From Octopus vulgaris (taxonomy: Eukaryota), in the NCBI GenBank assembly GCA_951406725.2, contig OX597824.1, forward strand, positions 51,832,001 to 51,896,000: a stretch of DNA of 64,000 nucleotides, in the 5' to 3' direction. A program made the translations under genes and the position numbers. Below the pieces are notes generated by a model, which was given only the letters and a program-made list of their open reading frames with translations, did no database searches and had not been told where the DNA came from. This document shows positions 54,009-64,000 of this stretch, one piece after another. Every line of letters begins with the position of its first letter. Position 1 is the stretch's first letter.

Positions 54009-55216
54009 CGAGGAGGACTGAAGAGTTCATAGGCTGACAATGAACGAGTGATGCTGGGGGCGTAAACTCTAGCATTAAATTCAAACCGTCTTACTAATAA
54101 CTGCGTTGTTGTTCTTTTCTGGGAAGCTCTCATTTGACTGTCCAAAGAAGACTTCAGTAGTAACAAGTGGCGTCTCCTATTGAGAGTGGACAAACTTTGA
54201 CATCGTGATGTTATCAAGTACTTGCCCCCAAGAGCATTCATGCTGCCATGGTTGCTACATTAGAGGACGACGCTCGAAACTTATCAATAGTGCAAAAGTG
54301 GGCAGCTGAATTTAGGAAGGAAAGGAAGTCTTGAAGATGACCCAAGATGACGTCCTGAAAGTGCACCACTAAGAAAAACATTGACTGTGTTCATTACATG
54401 CTGATAAATGACAGATTATTGACTATAAATTAAATAGCTAATTCAATTATCGTACCCCCGTGAGAGACTTGAGAATATTCTGCACAATGAACTTGGCATG
54501 ATGAAGGTTTCTGCTCGGCGAGTGCCATGTCTTATGACACCTGATCACAAGCGCACCAAGATGATCACATCACGAGAAAATCTGGCATTGTTTCAGCAGA
54601 TCCAACTGGTTTCCTTGAATGTTTTCTAAGCCAAGATGAATGTCGGGTTGATCATTTTGAGCCAGAGTCAAAGAGACAATCCATGCAGCGGAAACACCAC
54701 TCCCCACCTGCTCCAAAGAAGGCCAAGATCATTTCATTTGGCGGGAAGGTGATAACTTCAGTGTTTGGGGATGCAAAAAGCATTGTGTTTATTGACTATC
54801 CTCAAAAGAGCCACACTATCAATAGAGATTACTATGCAAACTTGCCGAGGCAGTTACGAAAGGCTATCAAGACCAAACGGCCAGGAAAACTAATGTAAGG
54901 AGTATTGTTTCATCAGGACAATGCTCCAGCACACAAATCCTTGCTTTCAATTGTTGCTATGTGTCATTGTGACTTTGAACTTAGATCACCCTCCTTATTC
55001 TCCTGATTTGCTCCATCTGAAATCATCTGTTCTCCAACACTTTGCAGGGAACCAATATCGCAGTGATGATGACGTCATACCTACTGTTGAAGACTTTTTT
55101 ACCAACAGGACGAAAGCGTTTTCACCAATAAGATCCAGGCACTGCAACACTGTTAGAAGAAGAGTATTTGGTCACAGTGCATTTGCTCAGCCTATGAACA
55201 TTTCAGCAGACACCCG
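54009..55216 (+). mobile_element. Near full-length decayed mariner (irritans/Himar-like), TIRs + TA TSD
   Basis: TIR ..GTTCATAGGCTGA / TCAGCCTATGAAC..; QDE...FEPESKRQS, GKVITSVFGD, FHQDNAPAH, HPPYSPDL; many frameshifts. Confidence 0.9.
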
Positions 55217-57200
55217 TACACTTATTTGCACTTTAAGTACAGAATCTAGAATAATTGTTAGTTTCTTGCAAATTGAAATTTACAATCTCATTATCGCAAA
55301 GTGCCGTAAAATATTCACTTTCCTCTGAGAATAGCCGTATGCATATAAAACTTTTGAAACATCAATGGATGGCATTTGCTGTTCTATAATAAAATATCAA
55401 TCGATGATGTCGGGCATTTATGGGATGATAAACAGTAGCATATTAAAAGAACATTTGTTGTTTAGCCATAGAAAAATTTAAAAAATGCGCCCTTGCCTTG
55501 CCAGGTTCATGGGCCCGGTTTCCCGGTTTCAATGGTGTATGTGTTCCCCAGCTGGACGAGATGCCAGTCCATCGCAGCGTTACTCATTTCTGCCAGCTGA
55601 GTGGACTGGAGCAACGTGAAATGAAGTGTTTTGCTCAAGAACACAACGCGTCGCCCTGTCCAGAAATCGAAACCACAATCTTACGATCATGATACTGACA
55701 CCCTAACCACTAAGCTACGCACCTCCACTGTTTAGCTATTGGTCAACTCTAATTGATCCAACTTTTGATCAATGGTGTTCCGACTATGAATATATCTTGG
55801 ACTATATTGCTCAATATATTCTTCTTTGAAATCACTAGTGAGTGTAATTTGTGAGTGATTTGGCTGCTATTTCTCGCCAGTCAAAAATTATTTAATAATC
55901 ATGGAAGGTCCACCTGCTTCAAAAATCAAAGCTGGTTGAGTAAGTAAAGGGTAAGATGCTTTGGGGTTTTCCTTTTCCTTTAATACTTTTACTTATTTAA
56001 TAAATGTTTCCTTCATAAGCTAGCATTCAAAATGGCCTATCTTCGAAAAAAACATTTCGTGGAATTTCGAAGCTCTAGCGGATGTAAGTGCCTTCTTACC
56101 AGCCTCCTAATAGAACACGATGTTATGGATGGATATGATGCTGGTGATAGTGGCAGGGTGTGAGAGTTTAACAAAAAAAAAAGAGAAAAACAAAAGACTA
56201 AACAAGAGTAAAAACAAGCACGAACGAGCAAAGGGAAAGAGAGAGAAAAATATAAACTTAACATTTTTTCTTAATGATAGTATTCCATCGTAATTTCTAG
56301 AGTACTTATTGTCTAATGTGCTTGCATACACATATACTTATAAACGCATACATGCATGCATAGATATACGGCATTTACATATTCATAAATTCATAAATTC
56401 ATCCTATATATGTACTTGTGTGTGTGAGTGTGTGTGTATGTGTGTGTGTGTGTACTGCGTAGGCTTGGTTATTTGCAGTAATGTTCGGTATTCAATTTTA
56501 TTTTGTCTTTTGTTTTTGTTTCAGTGGGGTACGGGGTGGTTGTTGTCGTCTTTTGATACATCGTCGTCATCGCTGTCGTATTTATTAGTGCTGTTGTAGT
56601 CCTTATTGTTATAGCTTCTTTTCTTTTCTTTTTGTTTTATTTCTTATCATTGTTAACATTGTTGTGTTGATAGTTATTCATTCATTGAAACAGTTATTTC
56701 TTCCGCTTGGCAAGTGACTGATGTCGCAGAATGAAAAAAGGTAGAGAGAGAGAGAGAGGGAGAGAGAGAGAGAGTAAGAGAGAGAGAGAGAGAGAGAGAG
56801 AAGGGGGGAGAAACAAAGAGGTGAAAACAAAGGAACAAAGAAAGAAAGGGTGGCAAAAAGGAAGAAAAGGGTGGCAGTGGGAAAACGATAAAATTATAGG
56901 AATGTTCAGTCAAATCTGTAAGAATTTGCTGTCGTTTTTCATATTTTAAGTTAAACCATTTCATTTTGGCAGGCAAAGTGATAGCGTCGCATGTGAGAGG
57001 TGTGTCACCTGATTATGGAGACGTTTGTGGTAACGAGAGAGGAAGAGAGAATGTGACTGAGAAAATTAGACGGAGAGATGTACGTGTATGGTGTATATAC
57101 ACGTAGACACATACATATACACACGAGTGAGGGTGTATATAAATATAGATATCTCTTCTCCCCATCTCTCTCTATATATATACATACATACATACATACA

Positions 57201-57232
<32 letters not shown>

Positions 57233-57961
57233 CACACAAACACATACACACACTCACCTTATCTGCGTTATTAGCGATGAAAGCAGTATCAGTTCAAAAT
57301 AGCAATCTTTATATCATACTTAAAGAAAAAGCGTCTTTGAAAGCCTGCTTATCTCGAGAAAGTATCTCTTACAGACATCTGAGTTTTTCCCAATGTTATA
57401 CCTCTATAACATATGCTTTCTCGAGACAAATAACGCAGCTTAGTAGGCATTCAACAATATATCTGCTTTAAGTATGATTGCATGCGTGTATGTGTGTGTT
57501 TGCGTGTATGTTTGTGTGCGTGTGCTTGTATGTGTGTTGTGTGCTTGTGTATGTGTACACGTTTGTGTGTATATACACATGTATACATGTATGCATAGAG
57601 ACATATGCTTAGAAATGCAAAAAATATGTATATATGTGCGTGCATGCGTGAATGAGCTGATGAGTATGTGAATAAAATACATAAGATCATTAAGTCGATT
57701 ACATCGAACCCAGTATTTAACTGGCACTTATTTTATCGACCTCGGAAGGATGAAAAGGAAAGTCGACCTTGATGGAATTTGAACTCAGAACCAAATGAAG
57801 TGGATGAAATACCACTCCGCATTTTGTCCAGCGCTCTAAAATTAATATAAAGATGACAGCTTCATAAAATGTTGATTCTGGTTTTCATGGCTCTCGAAAG
57901 TGTTCCACGCGTACTTTTTGTTTGTATATATCGCTTCCATTCCTCACTTTAATTTTCACTT

Positions 57962-58168
57962 CATACATACATACATACATACATACATACATACATACAT
58001 ACATACATACATACACACATACGTACATACGTACATACATACATGCATACATACATACATACATACATACATACATACATACATACATACATACATACAT
58101 ACATACATACATACATACATACATACATACATACATACATACATACATACATACATACATACATACAT
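57962..58168. repeat. (CATA)n microsatellite
   Basis: Direct. Confidence 0.98.
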
Positions 58169-58169
58169 A

Positions 58170-59125
58170 GGCAGTCTGAACTCTCCTCTTACAACAAAAC
58201 AATATCCCACAATGCAATTCCAGTACCAGTGCTGATCAAAATATTTGGGATATTTGATTGGATTGTTGAGGAAATTCACTCCATAGATATCAAAACCTGC
58301 AAAATCCTGACTACAACTGGGAACTTCCACTAAAACAGTGATGTTGACAGGCTCTACCTAAGAAGAAATAAAGATGGTAGAGGCCTGAGATCAGTGCAGA
58401 TGGATTTCGAATGCTGTATGATATCATTCAGGCAGCACCTGCTAAACACAGCAAAAATAAATATACGAATGCAATGCTGAAAAGTGAAGTGAATAACATT
58501 GTACGAGTTGGCAGTAAACTCCTCAAGAAACATTCTCTTCCTAATGATCTATACAGCCTCAAAACAGCTAGGCCCCACTTACCTCAGAGAATCTCTGGGT
58601 GGAAAAGCAATCAGCATAGAAAAAGAAGACTGTTCATGGGTATGTTGCCTGGAAGCTTGAAGAAGACAGTAGAATTGACTGGAAACGCAGCCTCCCTTGG
58701 ACACAAGACCACTACATCACATTACACTTTAGAGGCTATGCGCTTGCAATCCAGGAACAGGAGATTGCTACAAAGTATCTGGTGAACAAGAGAGACAGTG
58801 ACGCTCTTGTAATCCTAAGGTGCAACCGGATGTGTAGCGCATGTCATGTTTCTGTAGAAGACACCATGCATGTGATTAGCAGCTGTACTAAAATGTCACA
58901 CGGTACTACCTCAGCATGCAGCACATGCCATCCGCAAAAAAGTATCTCCTGAGATAAACGTAGAAAATCTATCCCTCTATCATGAAATACATTCATAAAC
59001 ACCAACTCAAAGAATACTGGCGGAATATTCCCATCAAAACCTCTGTCAAATGTAAGCATAACAGACCGGATATTGTTGTTTGGGACAAAGAAGTAAAGAT
59101 ATGTACACTCACTGAGTTTTGTTAC
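58170..59125 (+). pseudogene. REL-endonuclease LINE fragment (distinct family) abutting (CATA)n
   Basis: NSDVDRLYLRRNKDGRGL, ALAIQEQEIATKYL, C..C.V..EDT.HVISSC, KHNRPDIVVWDKE. Confidence 0.8.
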
Positions 59126-60059
59126 GTGGTCTAATATGCACCAGGTCGAAAATATAGCTTCTGCCCTCCTATACGGTAAAGGTAATGGAGAAATGGAATT
59201 TATCTAATCCAAGCTTATTGCCACCAACAAGCAACTGCTTAGTTCTTTCAGACGTCAGCAAACTGTTCAGCAGGACATTCCTCCCATCACGGCAACTAGA
59301 CTATATATCTCACAACCAGTAAGGTGACTTTGATGGATCCTTTGATATTTGGAGCACATCCTCTAGTTTTGAATTCATTTGAAGTGCAGACTAGCTTCAT
59401 CGACGATGTTTCATGTTACTGGAGGGCATTCGTAATTTTGGCTGCTGAGTTTTCAGATAAACTAGGACAGATATATAGAATTTTCTGTTCTATGATCTAA
59501 ATGAATGTAACTGTTGGTCACAGCATTTTCAAACATGTCAGCAGTAAGTAACTTGTAATTCAGCGGGTTTTATAGATATGTTGTATCACTATTTCAGAAA
59601 GACAATGTTTTAACTTGGCTATAAGATTTTTAATTAAGGATAACGGTGGTTGAAATTTTTCTGGCTGTGTATCCTATATCCGTATGTGAAGTGTATTTTA
59701 AATGTAGTTTATTTTAGCCTGTATCTTAAATCAAGTATGGTTGGTTATCGTTAAGTTAGTGTTAATGGTTGGATTTAAGTTATACTCTTAAAATATTTCT
59801 TTAAATCCTTTATACTCTTTAAATACGTCTTTAAATCCTTTATAGATTTGTATATAACGTGGCTATTCATGTACGAGTCTGTATGGTTGTCTTCTATATA
59901 CAGTTCAAAATCTTGGAGAAGTGACTGTCATTAATCAAAGAGAATCAGTTTATCACCTTTATGTATACTATATATTGTTCGAGTGATTGCGCATGTATTT
60001 TGTGAGTGTTAAACTTCGAATAACAATGGGTTCCTAATAAATATTAATTCTTCATAGTT

Positions 60060-61270
60060 TAATGGATAAACTTTTCTTTCTATTTCTAATAGTCCAAAAG
60101 CATTACATAACCATGCACTTAATTTCCTTACTCAACATAAGGAGTGAAATAATGAAATGTTGCAGACACCAGAATAAATTGCTTTTAAAAACTTCTCTGA
60201 ACCGTAAACATCCGATGATAAAACAACGGAACTCGAACGGGAGGCACAAAATGTCAGGACCATTGGAATAATAAAACAAATTAACCCAGGGTTAAAAATG
60301 ACAGTTAAGTGACATCAAGCATCAGACATCAGATATAAAATGCAATTCTTATAGAATGTCAAAAACATCTTTCAGAGACTTCAGATATAAATTAACAAAT
60401 TTATGAAGAAGACACAACGGCAACATTTGTTAGCTAAATAAGAGATGAGTGACTTAATCAAAGACAGCTACTAAACCGGCCAATAACTAAGTGATAAATA
60501 AACAATTCGAGCAAAACAAGACATAGCTTAGCAAAACAGGATGTGTCTACTCAATTGATAAGTAAAATATACAGAAAAAATACTGAACTGCCCAATGTGA
60601 AGTGATATACAGATAACCAACAGCAAAGTCGATCAATGGAAAAGAAAAAAGAACCGAAGAAACAACACATTTATTTCTTTATTGCCCACAGGGGGCTAAA
60701 CATAGAGGGGACAAACAAGGACAGACAAAGTTAAGTCGATTATATCGACCCCAGTACGTAATTGGCACTTATTTAATCGACCCCGAAAGGATAAAAGGCA
60801 AAGTCGACCTCGGCGGAGTTTGAACTCGGAACGTAACGGCACATGTACCCACAAGGGGCTAAACACAGAGGTGACGAACAAGGACAGACAAACGGATTAA
60901 GTCGATTATATCGACCCCAGTGCGTAACTGGTACTTATTTAATCGACCCCGAAAGGATGAAAGGCAAAGTCGACCTCAGAACGTAGCGGCAGACGAAATA
61001 CCGCTAAGCATTTTGCCCGGCGTGCTAACGATTCTGCCAGGTCACCACCCTCCGCAGAAACAACACATTGGCATAGGAAACGACAACGATTGACAACGCC
61101 TTAATACAAGGACATTAGAAACCAGCCAATTAAAGCGATGGGTTTAGACAAAACAATGAAGTTGCTCCGATGTACGCAAAACTAATCCTAATTCCAAAAG
61201 AAGACCGTCCTCGCATGAAGTTCGTTCGTAGTTACGAGAAACTCAAGCCGCGAGATATAAGAATTCATCC
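60060..61270 (+). mobile_element. Penelope-like 3' end with a degenerate hammerhead (61210-61254), interrupted by a SINE dimer
   Basis: LLNIRSEIMKCCRHQNKLLL is the typical Penelope C-terminal motif; CUCGC-AUGAAGU..UCGUA/UACGA-GAAA-CUCAAG-CC-GCGAG. Confidence 0.6.
60672..61055 (-). mobile_element. Dimeric family-1 SINE with 14-bp TSD AGAAACAACACATT
   Basis: TSD at 60658-60671 and 61056-61069. Confidence 0.9.
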
Positions 61271-61286
61271 ATCCATCCATCCATAT

Positions 61287-61409
<123 letters not shown>

Positions 61410-61539
61410 CATATATATACACAAACATACACACACGCACACACACACACATCCACACACACTCACACACACACACGCACAATCTTGCGTTGTTTTCATG
61501 GGAATGTTTGGAGTCGGTAAACGAAAGAGGAGGAAGAAA

Positions 61540-62610
61540 ATGATGAGTAGGAGAGGGGCAGTGATGGCAGAATCAGTGTAGGAGGAGAAGAGGATTTCTA
61601 GGGAAGGTGAGGAGGAGTTGGTGTTGGTGGTGGTCATGAATCTGGAATTGGTGGTAGTAGAAGTAGTGTTGGTGGTGGTGGTAGTAGTAGCAGTAGGATA
61701 CATTTGGAGGTCGAAGAAATGATGGGGACTGTAGAGACAGATGGTGGTGGATGTAAAAGATGGATGCAAAAGTGGTTGGGGGTAGCGGAGGTCGTAGGTG
61801 TTGTTTGTTGGAGGTGTTGGTAGTGGGTTAGGTGTCGTGGTTGTGGTGGCGGTGGAGGTGATCGTAGTAGTGGTAGTGGTTGTGGTGATAGTGGTCAGGG
61901 TGGTTGAGGAGGTGGGTGAAATGTGAAAAAATATATTGCTAGTAGGGGAAACAGCTGAGTAAACAGAAAAATACAGTAATGTAGTAGTAGTAGTAGTAGT
62001 AGTTGTAGTGGTGGTGGTGGTGGTGGTGATGATGGTGGTTGTGGTGGTGTTGGTGGTGACTGTGGTGGTGGCGGCGGCGGCAGCAGCATTGGTGGAGATA
62101 GTAATAGCGGTAGTGGTGGTGGCGGTGGTGGCGACGGTTTTGATGGTGGTGGTGCTGGTGGCAGCGGTTCTGATGGTCGTGGCGGCTGTGGCAGTGGTGG
62201 TGGTGGTGGTGATGGTAGTGGTGGGGAAAATGGTAGTAATGGTGGAGCAGTATCGTTATAATGGCTTTGCTAACGATGGTTGCTTTAGTAGTGGCAGTGA
62301 TAGTAAAGTGGTAGAAATGATGTTGCGACGATGGTATACTTATGGATTTTTTATGTTTTGGGATTAGTGTGGTGACGGTGGTAGTAGTTACAGCGTAGAA
62401 GGTTGGGGTATAACGAATGTACGTTGGTAATAGGGAGTGCGATGGCTCTAATGGTGGGGTGGTTGTGACGGTATTTGCCGGGGTGGTGGTAATGGTGGTA
62501 ATGATGGTAGTGAAAGTGGTATAGTTTGATGGGATAGTAGTGGTAGTAATGGTAGGGATCATAATAATGGTATTAGTAGCAGTGGTGATGTTGTTTGTTA
62601 TGGTGGTATC
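61540..62610. repeat. G/T-rich cryptic trinucleotide low-complexity tract (GGT/GTA/GAT)
   Basis: Direct. Confidence 0.9.
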
Positions 62611-62687
62611 GGTGAGTTGATTTGTATTGGCGAAACCAGTAGACAGCCATGCGAAGTTGTAATTTCAATCTTTCTTTTCTCTAGCTC

Positions 62688-62721
<34 letters not shown>

Positions 62722-63442
62722 ATCTCTGTCTGCCTTCTCTGTCTCTGTCTGTCTGTCTCTCTTTCTCTCTCTCTCTGTCTCACACACACAGACACACGCT
62801 TCTTTTCTCCCCTCTTCATCGCCTCCATTGTTTTCCCACCATTTACCCTTCACCCTTAACTTTCTCTTGTTTTACATTCTCCACCAATCCCATACACAAA
62901 CGTATTGCATGTGTTTGAGTATGTGAATGAATGCCTCTATTCTGTTCTTGTACCTGTGTGTGTGGGTGTGTGTGTTACAGACGCTATACGTGTGTGCGTG
63001 TATGTGTGTTTGTATGTGTGTGAGAGAGGGGCGGATTTTTAAGTTATAAACGTGTACTTGGGAGTGCATTTATATATATATATATATATGAATGTGTATG
63101 TGTGTGAGTGTAAGTGTATGGTTTTGTGTGCATGATTGCCTTATGAATTTGTGCTTGTGTGCATGTACTTTTATTATGAATGTGTGTGTATTGCTATGCA
63201 TTTGAGCTATGGCTATGCGCATGTGAGTATGTTTGCATAAGAATAAACCTACATTGCAAACAGAGTCATGGAGCAAGATGTGAATAAAGACTAAAGACAT
63301 ATTGAAAGAGCGATGTACCGTCTGTTCTCGATTTGTCAAACCGTCAAAATATAGACTGAAAGCTAAGTTCTTGACGAATCGAGACAACATCATTTATTAT
63401 ATATATGTGGTGTTAAAAAAATAATTCTGTGAAGATTTTCAA

Positions 63443-63488
63443 GTTCCTGAAGAAAGTGTCGTATAACCGACAATGATAAGTTTCCAAC
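63443..63488 (+). ncRNA. Degenerate minimal hammerhead
   Basis: GUUC-CUGAAGA-A-AGUGUCG..CGACAAU-GAUA-AGUU-UC-CAAC (GAAA>GAUA, stem I broken). Confidence 0.4.
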
Positions 63489-63609
63489 AAATACAAATAA
63501 GTGATGTGCTGTTATTAGATTACACAATCATCTCGTAGCGAAAGATGACAGGGGAGATCAGCTACCTATGATAGTATTTTTGTCCTTGATCAACATTAAT
63601 TCTCAACAA

Positions 63610-63822
63610 AGGCGGTGAGCTGGCAGAATCGTTATCTCGCCGGGCAAAATTCCTAGCGGCATTTCGTCCGTCTTTACGTTTTAAGTTCGAATTCCACCAA
63701 AGTCGACTTTGCATTTCATCCTTTAGGAGTCGATAAAATAAGTACCAGTTGAACACTAGTATCAATGTAATCGACTTACCCCGCTCTGGAACTTGCTGGC
63801 TTTGTGCCAAAATTTGAAACCA
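63610..63822 (+). mobile_element. Family-1 SINE
   Basis: GGCGGTGAGCTGGCAGAATCG...AGTTCGAATTCC...GTCGACTTTGC. Confidence 0.88.
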
Positions 63823-64000
63823 ATAGTAATTCTCAACAGACCAGTCCTTTTTGCTGTAAGTCGACATCATATTACCCGACAGCCAGCATAGAAACGTAAA
63901 CTTAATTATTCTGTTATCTTGCATTACCAAGTGAGAAAAGTCACTTGCGATGTACTGGTGCACTATCCAGAGATTAGTTTTCTGTTTAATACGATATGAA

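Noticed and set aside
61895-62562. His/Thr/Pro-rich ORFs resembling mucin or His-rich proteins
   Set aside because: Low-complexity GGT/GTA tract that reads open in several frames on both strands

Overview
AT-rich, extremely microsatellite-dense eukaryotic non-coding DNA. The SINE/LINE repertoire and the (TA)n/(CATA)n/(AAT)n load look like an Octopus (cephalopod) intergenic or large-intron region; this assignment is inferred from repeat families. No host protein-coding gene is recognisable, and almost all listed ORFs are translations of simple repeats. Real content: (i) one young, uninterrupted but 5'-truncated CR1-group LINE (APE+RT, 22623-25310) whose insertion also copied a local ~330 bp segment; (ii) a nest of restriction-like-endonuclease (R4/Dong-type) LINE fragments in (AAT)n tracts, plus one beside (CATA)n; (iii) five decayed Tc1/mariner copies, MITE/fold-back palindromes and a Helitron 3' end; (iv) many tRNA-derived SINEs. 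Most striking are about 15 type I hammerhead-ribozyme motifs (a few near-canonical, many decayed) in short Penelope-like units next to (TA)n tracts. Across families their cores show C3-G8, G3-C8 and U3-A8 covariation, recurrent U4C or A6U changes, palindromic stem III, long stem-II insertions and inverted pairs. All RNA structures were folded by eye, and no activity is shown.
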